Shown here piece after piece: positions 11,843 through 23,930 of a stretch of DNA of 64,000 nucleotides (position 1 is its first letter; each line of letters starts with the position of its first letter). This DNA comes from Williopsis jadinii. Taxonomy: Eukaryota. A model generated the notes under the pieces. That model searched no databases. It worked only from the letters and a program-made list of their open reading frames with translations, and was not told the origin of the DNA. The position numbers and the translations under genes were made by a program. Where the stretch lies: assembly GCA_024346625.1 (NCBI GenBank), contig AP024667.1:1364001-1428000 (forward strand), read 5' to 3'.

Positions 11843-14800
11843 TTCGTAAGGCTATACGTTGTACACTACCGAGTATGGTTTTGAAAGAGAGGATTAAGTC
11901 CAGTTTCACAGTCATTCCTCTGGTCACTTGATGAAAAAGTGATCATTCAATGTATTCTAAGCAACATATAGTATGTAATAATTAACAAGGACTGTATCAC
12001 CTATGGTCTGTTGTATTAGAAACCGTGACTAGGGCTCAAGTAAACCGTCTTGAACCAAGTAAAACATTAACTCGTGCTGTAGCATATCGTTTTAACGCTG
12101 ATTGTGAGATTTAATCCGCATTCGTGCCTGTCAATATTGACCAGCTACATAGGCTTCTTAAGTGGAGACTTACCACAGGTATCCATGATTCCTCGTGAAC
12201 ATAGAAATGGTGTTCCTCGTAGTTTGGAAAATAGCACCGACTGGTAATCAGTGACTCTCATGCAGTCGCCTGATGTAAAAGACTATGATCAGAAGCAATT
12301 AGTAACCTGAATCAAGGTTTAGTAAGCAGATAATCGAATGAAACCAGTGTAGTGTAAGAGGAATACCAGAGAGGTGCTTTATATCTATCCAAGTTAGCCC
12401 ATAAGAGCACGGCTATACAAAGGATAAAGTTGTCATCCATAACTGTTGTCGGAAACTCAAATAAATATGTCCCATAGGATATCATAGAGGTCAGGTGACA
12501 TGAAGCACATACCTGGATTGAATCAATGTTCCTTTATCCCAACTTTCCATCCCATATTATACAATCTTGAGTTGTTCAAACCCTTCAAGTAATCGTCTTG
12601 GAGTAAATTGAATCTAGGTGTTATGGAGAGATAAGGCAAAAAGATTTCTACAATCTTTGAGATCCAACATGTGGACATTGAAGTAGACTTAAGACTACTT
12701 GTGCAAGAGAGAGTTAAGACCAGCCTTGAACGATGTCTGTATTAACACGATTAAAGAATAGTCATATGTCCAATTGCGACTAGATTCTGCATACTAAACC
12801 CAGTAGACTCAAAAGAAGCCATCCCCTCCAGTTCCTTCAAGAATTGGAAAGCCAGTGGCCAGCTCCCAAGCACCATTTGAAACCATAAGACTAACCATAC
12901 GCACAGCGCACTATGTCTCATTCCAACAGCAAGAACTCATTGTCATTTCATACATTCCTGCATTCTTTTCCCATCACACATTAATCAAGACGGGCATGAA
13001 TGTATCATTCAAGCTCAGCAGACGCACAATACGCACGCTACACAGGCCCAAAATAACCAACGACAACTACACTAGGGCGCTGTGTCACAAGAGAAGGCTT
13101 CTGTAAGGGCCAACAAAGCCTCCCAGTAGGTTGTTCCGCCTATGCTGAACAGAATAGCACCTACAATCCAATGAAACCATACCTCATGCGGTACACTTCG
13201 TCGTTGTGCGATATTCTGAGGAAAAGCAACGCAACTTGTGGTAACGGCACACTTCTACCTCGACATTTTCTCGATATGGGAACTTTAAACGGCATGTCGG
13301 TTTCCTCTTTCGGTGTTTCTAGTCTGTCAGGAGAAACGAGACTAACTATAATGGACCATGACCATTTCGATCGTCCCCCAGATCTTGGTTGTGATCGTAG
13401 CTTGGAGTGAGCAGCAGGACCCACGGTATCAGTGTACACTCAGGCTTGCTCAATACGCACCGCACTATATCTCAATAACAATATTGCACTGCCTCTTGAG
13501 TCTCAAATCCGTGAGGAACACAACAGTCTGTGTAAGGCCGCACGTGTATGCCGTTGTAGTCTCATATTGAAACATACCGGAGCCATGTGAAATCCTTCCA
13601 CAACGCGAATCGGTACAACTTTTAAATCCCCTCCAGCCCCTTATTGATAGGGTACTAAACATTCACAGTCGGCATGTAAAAGTGACCAAACGCTTATGTA
13701 CTGTAAGGCTTGTGTTGTTTTGTTCAGTTGTCAGCGAGACTGGAAGGTTGGCCGTTGAACAATCATTCGATAATGTACAGCTGGCTGAGAGTACCAGATG
13801 ACACATCAACACGTGGCGTTCACGTACTAATGCTGAGACGCTTAAAGGGGGAACGCAATGTGTGTGAGAGATATAGCTTGCTCGATGAAGCGGTGGACTG
13901 TCTAATCCTACGTTGGCTGTCTGGGGCATTAAACGTGCCATTTATCGGCCTTGGTGTGACTGCGCACAAATGATATCCAAGGAAGATATATCGATAAGGT
14001 GATTAGCCAATCACTGACCCCCGTGATGTGGGTTCTATATATATATATACGGTGCTGTATCACGCATTTGGAAACACTGAGATATCACTACACTGCACAA
14101 AGCAGTCGCCAATACTGCCTCAGAGGTGCAAGCGCACTACCTAACTACTCCTGGCACGCAAGCAGTGCTGCCAAGCACGGTGTTTATTCTGGTGAAAGGT
14201 TACGACACTGTTGGGTAGCTATCTTCTCAAGAGTGTGTATGCTTGTGAAGGACGGTTGGTAATGTGGCTCACTCCGTTCAGTGATTTGCACAAATATCAG
14301 AATTTCAATAATAGAACTTGCAGCCTACTGGGCACTCTAGACGCGTGAATATGCACTGTCGCTTTGAGCATCTGCACGTTTAACTGCACCATCCTGCGAA
14401 GAGGCCTTAACCTTCCTTTGTCCACCAGCTAATCAGCAAGCATTCAGAATGATTCGCTTGAACCAGCTTCTTTTAGCAAGTGACTAATGATAGAATACCA
14501 ACTTCCGCCTCCTCCTCTATCCATCACATCCCCGTTTCGATCTTGTGCTTGTGGGCTGGGCTGGAAAGAGGAACCTCCAATACAACAACTTTACGTAATC
14601 TGGCGCGTAATGGTTGCTGTGCGTCGTGGTATAGCCTTATGTATATGTACGCCTCTGCTGTACAAGATGTCTGTAAAAACTCTCCAGTGTTGATAATTTC
14701 ATGCTGAGTTAACTTCTGTTTTAACTTCGTAAGGTGGGTACCAGTAGGCCGTGGTTGTACGAAGTAGCGCACCGTGGCCCCTTGTTTTATCTCTCTATTA

Positions 14801-15194
14801 GCAAGAGATTCACACGGGTCGATTGACGGGCACACGCATTATATTGTTATTGTTATTCTTAGATCATATCACTTCGATGCTGCCAGGCCCGTCTGCCCTA
14901 TAATAATACGAAAGCGACTTGAATCTTCCCAGCACTGCGACCCAGGTTTCAGGCCTTTATACACTTCCATGCAGCAGTCCTAAACCTCTCGTCCTGTTCC
15001 TGATTTTTTCTTCCAGATTTTCTGAACATTTGGATCTGTCTTGCGTGGGCTTCCGGCATGGCTCAAGTTCCCTAATCTTTTCATACTCTTCCTACTGGTT
15101 CTTCCTTCTGCTCTTTCTTCTTCTTCTTCTTCTTCCGCTCGCGTGTCCCGGTGCATATATACTCTGAGACTACTTCTATTGGTGCTCATTCACT

Positions 15195-16973
15195 ATGCTT
15201 CGTAGTATTGGACGGTTATTTATCCGGAAGAAGGCCCATTTTCTGTCAGGCCTTGTGCTTCTCGTCATAGTGGCTTCTATAGCTGTGATCACCAGAGGCG
15301 AGAACGACGGTGTTAAAGGTGTTTTCAAGGTTCCATTACAAGAGGTGGACACACTCCAGGATGTGGAAACACCGCTACAAGAGGTGGAAACACCACAAGA
15401 GGTGGACACACCACAGGATGTGAAAACACCACTACACGAGGCGGCTCCGTATGAGAACGTTATCAAGTACTTGAGAGACGAAAGACACCTGACTGAGGAG
15501 AACTCGAGAGTGTTTAGCAAGGAGCCTGGTAAACAAGACATAACAGACATCTTGGACTTCGATCGTGACCATCTCAAGGTTATCTACCAAGATATGATCG
15601 ACACTGTCTACAAGAACACTGACTTGGACGGGGTGGACTGGGAGAAACTCGCCTACGTCTTCTACGCCACCTCTGAGAGTCACGTCTGCAATGTGTTGAT
15701 GAAGTTTGCCGAGCTCAGAAACTATGGCTCCAGAGCACAGTTTGAGCTCCTTATTGGCCGTCACCTCATGGATGAGGCAAAGAAGCCTGCTCTGTACAAG
15801 CAGCTGACGGACTTTGCAAAACAGCATAAAGTCATCTTCAAGCCTGTTGACGTTATCCACATGGAAGGTGGGCCAGAGGTTATCTGGGAAAACGCGTTCA
15901 CGAAGCTGCTGGTGTTCAACGAGACGCAGTACGATAGAATCATCTACATGGACTCAGATGCCGTTTTGCCAAATGGCCATATGGACGAGCTGTTCTTCGT
16001 GCCTCCATGTAGACTGGCTGTTCCTAATGGTTATTGGCTCACTGAGTCGCTTCTCCACAACAAAGCCGAGAGATATAACATGAAGGACTATGGATTCGTC
16101 CCAATGACCACAGAGCAGAGACAAGCTAAGATCGATGAAATGGTGAAGACAAACATCACTGCCTTCCTTGATCCAAACACTGGTAAATTACCAGTCTTTA
16201 AAAACGGGCAAGCTCCTCTGAAAGACCGTGTCAACGAGAAGAACTTCTACACAAACTTGTTCAACAGTCTTCCAAACGACCCAGTGCTGGACGAGTACCA
16301 ACTGACCGATTTCCTGATGGTTATTCAGCCTTCGCCAGAGTTATTCGCCAGAGTTCAACATTCTTTGGATATTAGAACTACAGAGTTCGACATGGATCTT
16401 ATCCAGAGACATGTTTTCCCACCACAACCATGCTTGGATATGCAAAAGGAAAGCGGACAGAAAGATCTCACCTATGATGACAGACTCGGTGAGGTCCCAG
16501 AGATGATCGTCCTCCCACATTCTACGTACGCTGTTCTCACCATGGATCTCAACCGTAGAGATAACCATGACATGTTGATGGCTGATACTCAAGACCTTGC
16601 ATTCATGATGCAGCGTCCTGAAAAGCCAAGTGAGGACGTGCACTGGTATTGGGAGATTGATCATTTGCCAAACCTGGCCGACATCATCTACGACAATGTC
16701 AAGTACCTTCATTTCTCTGACCATCCAATTCCTAAACCATGGTTCAAGAAGGACATTTTCAACGGTTATATGGGTGCAAGATTCAGATGCCCAAGCCATC
16801 CAGACTTCTCCAGTACCGACGGTCGTGTGAAGCCAAGATGGACAATCAATGACTGTGGACTTGGAGAACGTTGGGAAAGAGCCCATGAGATGTTTGCGAA
16901 ATCTAGAAAGGATGTGTGTGGTCTTGACTTGATCGAGACTGATAAGGATACCTACGTCGAGATCGTCAACTGA
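15195..16973 (+). CDS. GNT1: GT8-family type II membrane glycosyltransferase, Gnt1-like N-acetylglucosaminyltransferase
   Basis: N-terminal TM helix; WEKLAYVFYAT, FTKLLVFNETQYDRIIYMDSDA (DxD), MDELFF, HFSDHPIPKPW motifs. Confidence 0.82.
   Translation: MLRSIGRLFIRKKAHFLSGLVLLVIVASIAVITRGENDGVKGVFKVPLQEVDTLQDVETPLQEVETPQEVDTPQDVKTPLHEAAPYENVIKYLRDERHLTEENSRVFSKEPGKQDITDILDFDRDHLKVIYQDMIDTVYKNTDLDGVDWEKLAYVFYATSESHVCNVLMKFAELRNYGSRAQFELLIGRHLMDEAKKPALYKQLTDFAKQHKVIFKPVDVIHMEGGPEVIWENAFTKLLVFNETQYDRIIYMDSDAVLPNGHMDELFFVPPCRLAVPNGYWLTESLLHNKAERYNMKDYGFVPMTTEQRQAKIDEMVKTNITAFLDPNTGKLPVFKNGQAPLKDRVNEKNFYTNLFNSLPNDPVLDEYQLTDFLMVIQPSPELFARVQHSLDIRTTEFDMDLIQRHVFPPQPCLDMQKESGQKDLTYDDRLGEVPEMIVLPHSTYAVLTMDLNRRDNHDMLMADTQDLAFMMQRPEKPSEDVHWYWEIDHLPNLADIIYDNVKYLHFSDHPIPKPWFKKDIFNGYMGARFRCPSHPDFSSTDGRVKPRWTINDCGLGERWERAHEMFAKSRKDVCGLDLIETDKDTYVEIVN
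15338..15440 (+). repeat. 18-21 bp coding tandem repeat (QEVDTL/QDVETPL/QEVETP/QEVDTP/QDVKTPL) in the Gnt1 stem
   Basis: Repeated CAAGAGGTGGA(A/C)ACACCA-like units. Confidence 0.8.
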
Positions 16974-18837
16974 ACATTGAGTTCTTGACATCTCTGCAAG
17001 ATATGTAAAATGCCAGTGGGCAGAATCTTTCATGTTGTTACAGTAATATTATCAACTCTGTAGATAATAATCAAATATCTATAAATTATTCCTAAAGGTG
17101 CTTATTTAATGTACACAGGTAATGTGAGATGAGCTCGTACGATTTATCACTGCAGTGTTCCGTTCTGTTCCTTACTACAAGCACAATGGCGTAGAATTAG
17201 CAGTGCTCTTTCAGTGAATATTCCTACAATCGATGATTCAACTTGTTCGTCTCACGCAGTATACTTCTAGCCACGGTTTAAATGGCTTCTTCTGCGTATT
17301 ACTTGCCATCGACACCGTTCAGCAGAGTCCTATGAGGTAAAAAAAATGTTTATATTGCTGATTGGCTTCTGTAGAGATGGAATGCTTTATCATTTGGCTG
17401 GAAGAATGTACCAGAATGTGGTTCATTGATATATTAGTGTGTGCTGTTTGAATCACACCGCTAACATATTGCTGCTCATGTGAGTGACATGATAATGATT
17501 TCCAATTATACTGAGAAGTACCCGGAGGGTATTAAAAGACAGCTGTTGACTCTAAAGAAACGTATGGTCTTGGAGGATGCTCATTTGTGTATCTATGAGA
17601 TTTCATTGATAAGCTATAAGCTTGTTAAAAAGTGCTTGAGGACAATAGTACAAGACCTTCGATATGCCAGTTCATGAAGTAAGGCTTTAACAACAATTGA
17701 CGGGTTTCTATAAGGTCGTATTGGTTAATATCATCACTGATGAATCAGGCAATGCTATTGACATGGTGGCTAATATGAAGATTGATGCTATCGGGTCAAG
17801 TATCAGTTTCATGTCCAAAAAAGTTGGATGTGTTCCAATATAATTGGAATATTACGGCAAAGAAGACTCAAAGCTATTGGTCTTTTGATTATAACATTTC
17901 TCAGACCATCCTTTATTGAATAGAATGATAAGTGTTGAGACGTATCCCATTGCAATGGAGCACTTGTTTGAGAAAGGAAGTTTTGTCTACGAGACAAAGT
18001 CGCTACACCAGGCAAATTGCTTCACTTTGCATCTCAAATCAGTGCAGTGCCTATCCATGGTGGAGTAATCGTTTGTACTATTCAGTTCCTCAGCGAAGGC
18101 TCTGAGATATTGATCAATTTTTGTTACAAGTCTGCGATCATTAAGGAAGCCATGAACAGATTACAGGTACCGTAGAAGAGCGACCCGTGATTCAGTGACA
18201 AGATATCGCAATCTGATGCTTCTGTGGTAGTGTGATTGGCACATTGTCATCCTCCCAATTCCAAGTTATCTGATACTTTTCACCAAAATACCTTTCTTCA
18301 CAACCCTGATGGATGATCATCAATCTCCGTCTCACAATGCAATGCTTTGAATCTTGAGCAAAGGATTGGTGGCTATAGGTTGCCCTGAGGAGATCCAGCT
18401 GAGCCAGTAAGACGCTGTTCTTTACAACATCCTGGAACATAATACATTAGAACACAAGATAACTGAGGTCATTCTACTGGACAGAGGTAAAGCCTTCATC
18501 AAGACGTACACTTCGACCATTTGATAAAGTTCTTCGGATCTTCACGCCTCTCGTTTAAAACATCAACAAGGCAATAGCAGTTGATAAACTGAGTCCCATC
18601 ATCATATCGATACGCTTTGTGCTTCGTTATAAGGTATAATTGCTCTAGCCTTCCATGCCAATACGCTGGCTATGACCTGCCTAATATAATATAATATACT
18701 ATAATATAATATTTGCGGACTTTCGGTTGGCGCACATCTTCACGGGAATAGACTCATCGCCGGTGCTAAAATTACATCAATGATCCAATGTCATTCTCGG
18801 TCAAAGGCTACGAATTATCTTGTTGAATTACCCCCAA

Positions 18838-20097
18838 ATGAGGTTTTTCCAGAAGGTTCTCGTTGTGCTTACATGTGGAATTGCAATAATTTTGCAATCC
18901 ACACAGATGGTACGGGATAAGCTCTCCAGCGTTGCATACGAACAACACCTACGTTTGCAGTACTTACAGTCGTTAAGGTCAATTCAGTATACCTATGATC
19001 CAGAGCAGATATTTAGGCCCAAGCTGGCTTCCAATTCCTATTCCCAAAAGATCCTTATAGACGAGAACAGGGATGACGTCCAGATCGGCATGGAGAACGC
19101 AACCATCATAATGCTCGTTAGAAACAGCGAACTGGAAGGTGCGCTGAGTGCGATGAGGTCGCTCGAGGATAGGTTCAACAAAAAGTACAGGTACCCTTGG
19201 ACTTTCCTCAACGATGTCCCCTTCACTGATGAGTTCATCGAGGCCACGACGCTGATGGCCTCTGGAACCACCGAATACGGGCTCATCCCCTCTGAGGAAT
19301 GGGATAGGCCTCCGCACATCGACGAGGCCAAGTTCGTGCAGTGCATGGCAGACATGGTCGAGAAGGAGGTGATCTATGGCTTCTCAGAGTCGTATAGAAA
19401 CATGTGTCGATTCAACTCCGGGTACTTCTTCAGACAGCAGCTTGTCAACAAGTACGAATGGTACATGAGAGTGGAGCCCGATGTCGAGTACTACTGCGAC
19501 TTCGACTACGACCCCTTCAAGGTGATGAGGTTGAACGGCAAGAAGTACGGCTTCATCATCTCAATCCACGAGTATGAGGAGACGATTCCAACGCTTTACG
19601 ACACAACGATGGACTTCTTCGAGCTGAACCCGCAATATCTCCATCCAAACAACTCGTTGGACTTCCTCACTGACAAGGAGCCCTTCCCAAATAGCCAGGT
19701 CAGAATGGACGTTGCCAACGACTATAACCTGTGCCATTTCTGGAGTAATTTTGAGATTGGTAACCTGGATTTCTACAGGTCAGAGGCGTACTTGGAGTAC
19801 TTTGAGTACTTGAACCAAGCTGGTGGGTTCTACTACGAAAGATGGGGTGATGCTCCAGTTCATACGCTCGCTGCAGCGTTACTGCTTGACAAGCACGAGA
19901 TCCATTACTTTGAAGATATCGGCTACTTCCACAACCCGTTCGCCAACTGTCCTTCGAGCACTGGGATCAGGAAGTCCAAGCGATGTATCTGTGATTGTTC
20001 GGATGAGTCTGTCATTGATGTGCTGCCACACAGCTGTGTTCCAATCTGGTGGAAAGTCGGTGGCAAGACCTTTCTGAAGGACAAGGGAGTTCTCTAA
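18838..20097 (+). CDS. YUR1: KRE2/KTR-family alpha-1,2-mannosyltransferase (YUR1/KTR2 ortholog)
   Basis: ENATIIMLVRNSEL, YRNMCRFNSGYFF, RVEPD, YNLCHFWSNFEIG, ERWGDAPVH. Adjacent to RPB4, as YUR1 is in S. cerevisiae. Confidence 0.85.
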   Translation: MRFFQKVLVVLTCGIAIILQSTQMVRDKLSSVAYEQHLRLQYLQSLRSIQYTYDPEQIFRPKLASNSYSQKILIDENRDDVQIGMENATIIMLVRNSELEGALSAMRSLEDRFNKKYRYPWTFLNDVPFTDEFIEATTLMASGTTEYGLIPSEEWDRPPHIDEAKFVQCMADMVEKEVIYGFSESYRNMCRFNSGYFFRQQLVNKYEWYMRVEPDVEYYCDFDYDPFKVMRLNGKKYGFIISIHEYEETIPTLYDTTMDFFELNPQYLHPNNSLDFLTDKEPFPNSQVRMDVANDYNLCHFWSNFEIGNLDFYRSEAYLEYFEYLNQAGGFYYERWGDAPVHTLAAALLLDKHEIHYFEDIGYFHNPFANCPSSTGIRKSKRCICDCSDESVIDVLPHSCVPIWWKVGGKTFLKDKGVL

Positions 20098-20169
20098 CGC
20101 TAATGAAACATAATCGAAAGTACAACGCCTGCTTGGAAGACTGGTGGTGGTGATAGTAGTAGTAGTACA

Positions 20170-20763
20170 TTAGTATGGAGTTTCCAGTCTCGACAGCTGG
20201 TTCAAGATCGTCTTGAGCTCATCGTCGGACTTCTTGTTGGCCAAGCTTGGTATCAGCGTCTTGGCCTCGTCAACGTCGTCGCACGCCAGCGAGCCCAGCT
20301 GTGCAACCTCGAAGGGGTGTAGATCTGAGTTCTCTGGGGCCTTCAACAGCGCCTCCACGGCGGCAACCGTCTCGGTATCCCTGAATCTTGAGAACGCGCT
20401 GAGATAGTCCAGCGTCTTCTTCAGCACCTCGTTTGCGCCAACGGCAATCGCCGCTTTGGCGATTTCGTTGTTGTCCTCGTCGTTGCCGTCGTCATCGTCC
20501 AGGTCGTCCATGTCAACATCCGCGGTGTCTTTGAACTCACCGTTCGGCGTCATAACCTTCTTACGCATCTTGAGCGCACTTCTGATGAGAATACGTGCCT
20601 CGCTCAAGTTCAACGCAATCAGATCGGAAACCTCGCCGTCGTGTCCGATCTGGTGGATGTCGAACTCTGGCCCAAGGTTTAATGTAGCAGCGTTCTCTTC
20701 TTCGTCCAGATTCCCGCGCGCGGTCCGTCTTCTCACACCGGCCGTTGACGTTGACACATTCAT
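20170..20763 (-). CDS. RPB4: RNA polymerase II subunit Rpb4
   Basis: MNVSTST...EEENAATLNLGPEF...LHPFEVAQLGSLACDDVDEAKTLIPSL. An upstream in-frame ATG exists at 20880. Confidence 0.95.
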   Translation of the reverse strand: MNVSTSTAGVRRRTARGNLDEEENAATLNLGPEFDIHQIGHDGEVSDLIALNLSEARILIRSALKMRKKVMTPNGEFKDTADVDMDDLDDDDGNDEDNNEIAKAAIAVGANEVLKKTLDYLSAFSRFRDTETVAAVEALLKAPENSDLHPFEVAQLGSLACDDVDEAKTLIPSLANKKSDDELKTILNQLSRLETPY

Positions 20764-21101
20764 CTTTGGTGGTATCTGCTTCTTCTTCCCCTTTGTGAAC
20801 CCGGCTGGAACTTCGGCTGTTCTTTCCCTTCTTGCTCTGCTTTTTTCCCTTTCTTTCTGTGGTTGTTGATGTTTGACCATCTTCTACGCACAGCGGGCTC
20901 GTCCGCCCGCCAACTTCGCCAAGTAAGTTCCGGGTGCTTGATTACGTCAGCACCCTCGGAAGTAGGGTAAAAACAACATCCACACACCAACACTTTGGCA
21001 TACGGTTCAAGCACTTCTTAGCTACTGTTACTGTTAGCTATTACTACGGTACTGAGAGCTTTGTTTACTTGTGCATTCTTTCCAATATAACACGGGTTGC
21101 A

Positions 21102-21424
21102 ATGGTTGAGAACGAGTTGAGACGCTTGGTAGAGGAAAGTGGTATTCTATCACCGGAAGGTGCTCTTTTGTTCGGTAAAGACGGTGTACTTGGAAGTATG
21201 TAATCTCTATTCAATCTGAGCATGACATGGTGAACTAACACTGATTGCGCCCTTGCGAGGGGTGTAAAGGTTATGGTGTTGCAAAGTTAGAGGACTATGA
21301 TGATCTAAGGGACTTGAAGCTGACGAAGGAAGGTTTTGGGCTCTATGAGCTTCACTCTTATAAAATTCTAATATTGGCAAAGGGGAACGAAACACTAGCT
21401 GTGTATACTAAGTCGAGGCCATAA
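21102..21424 (+). CDS. EGO2: EGO complex subunit Ego2/Ego4-like, one intron (21196-21269), 82 aa
   Basis: Exon 1 MVENELRRLVEESGILSPEGALLFGKDGVLG; donor GTATGT, branch AACTAAC, AAG acceptor; exon 2 (S)YGVAKLEDYDDLRDLKLTKEGFGLYELHSYKILILAKGNETLAVYTKSRP. Resembles S. cerevisiae Ego2 (IEDIGDL..EGFA..TLAVYT). Adjacent to FUB1 as in S. cerevisiae. Confidence 0.85.
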
Positions 21425-21491
21425 TGTATAGATAAACGTCTTTGGTCGGTTTCAGAAACTAAAAAAGGAAAGATATGTACTGGTGTTATAA

Positions 21492-22406
21492 CTAGATGAA
21501 CCCAGCACCTCCAAAGCCACCACTCCCGCTGAAGGGGGAGTCAAATGGTGATGGATTGGAACCATCACGTCTGTAAGAGCCCCTTGGTAATCCCATCCCT
21601 TCGCTATCCAAATCTGAGGCACCACCCATTGGATCATCATAGCGTGATCCCAAGGGATGGTCTCCTCTAAATGTTGGCGCTCCGCCAGTTTGTCCAAAGA
21701 GTGGATGATTCTTCCCTGGAATCATGCCATTGAATGGCCTCTTTGAAGACGTGCCCATAGGGTCTAGAGAAGGGTACTTCTCGCCTCCTGGATAGAGATC
21801 AGAGTCTCCAATTGAAGGGAACGTTGCACCACGTGGAGCTTGACCTGATGCTTTACCAAGAACTTCATATTCATCATCAAATTTCGGTATAGACTCAGGT
21901 AATGGTTTAACCTGTGTAGAATCACCAGGTTCTGAACTTATGAACAGACCTAGTTGTTCAGCCATGGCTTTTGGAAGCTTAGCAGGTTCAAATGATTTCA
22001 TATCAGATTCAGCTCGAGCTTTGAAAGATTGGGAAGCCTCCAAGTAGGATACAATACCGGAAGGTATGGATCTAGCCCACTCTTCGCCCCTCAGAGACGA
22101 ATAGTACAAATCTAAGGCTTCAACTGATGTTGGTGACTCTATTGATCTCAATTCATCAGAAAAGTCCGAAACACGACCAAACGAATGGGCTGCACTTTCA
22201 CCCTCCAATATAACGCTTAGCGAATAGCCCTCTTTAGACACTTTGGTTACAGTGACATACACTTTCAACTTATCATGGTCTTGCTGTTGAAGGGTGATGC
22301 TATGAGAAGAATCACCAGGGTATTGATCCACCACGGTAAGCCCCAATTGCCTGTGAGGATAAGAAGCAGAATAAGCAATGATTTGTTCCTTAGAATTCAA
22401 TTCCAT
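21492..22406 (-). CDS. FUB1: PI31-like proteasome regulator Fub1
   Basis: PKFDDEYEV, IGDSDLYPGG, GSRYDDPMG motifs; Gly/Pro-rich tail ending GFI; synteny with EGO2, SOL2, PAT1 and PTC6. Confidence 0.85.
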   Translation of the reverse strand: MELNSKEQIIAYSASYPHRQLGLTVVDQYPGDSSHSITLQQQDHDKLKVYVTVTKVSKEGYSLSVILEGESAAHSFGRVSDFSDELRSIESPTSVEALDLYYSSLRGEEWARSIPSGIVSYLEASQSFKARAESDMKSFEPAKLPKAMAEQLGLFISSEPGDSTQVKPLPESIPKFDDEYEVLGKASGQAPRGATFPSIGDSDLYPGGEKYPSLDPMGTSSKRPFNGMIPGKNHPLFGQTGGAPTFRGDHPLGSRYDDPMGGASDLDSEGMGLPRGSYRRDGSNPSPFDSPFSGSGGFGGAGFI

Positions 22407-22816
22407 CGTGTCCAAGAGCGTCAAGTATCAATATAACTCAATTATGTGCAGTTCAATGTGTCATGAACTTCGGTTGCGGTCTTTCGCTGTAACAGTGCGT
22501 ATCGCGGTGTAGTTGAATAAGGGCCCCCACAAATAATCCAACCACCACAAAGCTTTATCACAATAGCGGATTGGATTGATATAACACACACCACCACGTA
22601 TAGTTAATGGCTTGTGGAGCAAGGAGATGTGTTTCAGTGATCTGCTTTAATCCCATATGGTGAAGGATAAATAAGTTTAGTAAGCACTTACGTAATGCTG
22701 CTTATGTAACAATTATACATCCGAACACCTGACGCGATGAGCCGGTCAACAAACGCACTAAAGCCACGAGTTTACCCTCTTTTCCAACGTTTACAAGGGT
22801 TTGTCATCCAGAGACA

Positions 22817-23587
22817 ATGTCAAACAATCGGGTGAGTAAGAACAAGTTAAGGGGAATAGCGAAGGGGCCGTTGACTCCCGGCCCTTCGCCGTGTAATAAG
22901 CGTCAGCTGAAGCAGTATATCCTTTCTGTTGGTTCAAAGACGCGACGCACCTGTGCACAGTGTGGTATGTCTTACTTGGTGAATTCGCCCAGTGATGTTA
23001 AACTGCACGATAAATTCCATAGGATATGTGTTGATGGGCGTGATTGGAACATGAGACTGGGTGAGCCCCTGGAGTCGATTTCTCAGAACGAGGCCATCTA
23101 TAAAGTGGACTCCTCCAGGCAATATGAATGCACCGGTGCTCTGGAGATGCTCGACATCGTCAACAAGGAATTGAATGCGCCGGACGATAATGATTTTTGG
23201 ACCTCTGGAGACTCAAATGGAAGTGTCTATGTCTACGTAAGGAACAAAGTTGCCGTTGGCATCGTTTCAGTTGAGAGGTTCAACACCAACCCGGGCCACG
23301 GCAAGAAGGGCTATTGGTTCAGCGTTGAAGATGGACGTGTTGTTAGTCCTCAACCCCTGGACATTCTCTGTGGAATATCAAGGATCTATGTGTGTCGTCG
23401 TTACAGAAGACACGGAATAGCCATCAAGCTATTGCACGCCGTCCAAAGGCATTTGATCTATGGCTTGGTCATTCCGAGCTTGAAGATTGCATGGTCACAA
23501 CCGTCAACTTCTGGAGGCCAACTGGCGATGAGGTTCAACGGCAGAACGCACAAGTCCGGCAAAGTACTGATACCTGTATACACGTGA
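22817..23587 (+). CDS. ECO1: Cohesin acetyltransferase Eco1
   Basis: PIP-like QYIL, zinc finger CAQCGMSY...HDKFH, GISRIYV..YRRHGIAIKLL, AWSQPS. Confidence 0.93.
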   Translation: MSNNRVSKNKLRGIAKGPLTPGPSPCNKRQLKQYILSVGSKTRRTCAQCGMSYLVNSPSDVKLHDKFHRICVDGRDWNMRLGEPLESISQNEAIYKVDSSRQYECTGALEMLDIVNKELNAPDDNDFWTSGDSNGSVYVYVRNKVAVGIVSVERFNTNPGHGKKGYWFSVEDGRVVSPQPLDILCGISRIYVCRRYRRHGIAIKLLHAVQRHLIYGLVIPSLKIAWSQPSTSGGQLAMRFNGRTHKSGKVLIPVYT

Positions 23588-23930
23588 AAACTCGCTTGCT
23601 ATTATCCAAGTGGTGGTGATATAAGTAACCGTAGTAATCGTGGTAAAAAGTAAACAAACAACAATGGGACGGTACGCGCAACATCACATAAATGTCTAGC
23701 AGAAAAAACCCACACAATGTCCAAATCAGACAAGCCCACCCAGGCACAAACAGACAAAAATCACAAACTGGGAAAAAAACAGGAAAAAACCAAAAAACAG
23801 ACGGAAAAGGCTTCACGGAGAACAAAGAAGACGGGAAGAACGAGCGTGGTTTGACGGTTGAGAGAGCGAGAGCGAGCGAGAGAGAGAGCAAAAGCGAAAT
23901 CAGAGAGCTCAGGAAAGAAGAAAACTCACT

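Noticed and set aside
12300..12760. Possible retroelement RT relic (GIPL-like and LDLK-like fragments on the minus strand)
   Set aside because: Motifs too short and disrupted to support a call without a search.
17895..17912. CATTTCTCAGACCATCCT (HFSDHP) resembling the GNT1 motif, suggesting a tandem GNT1 relic
   Set aside because: The flanking sequence does not align with GNT1; this may be chance.
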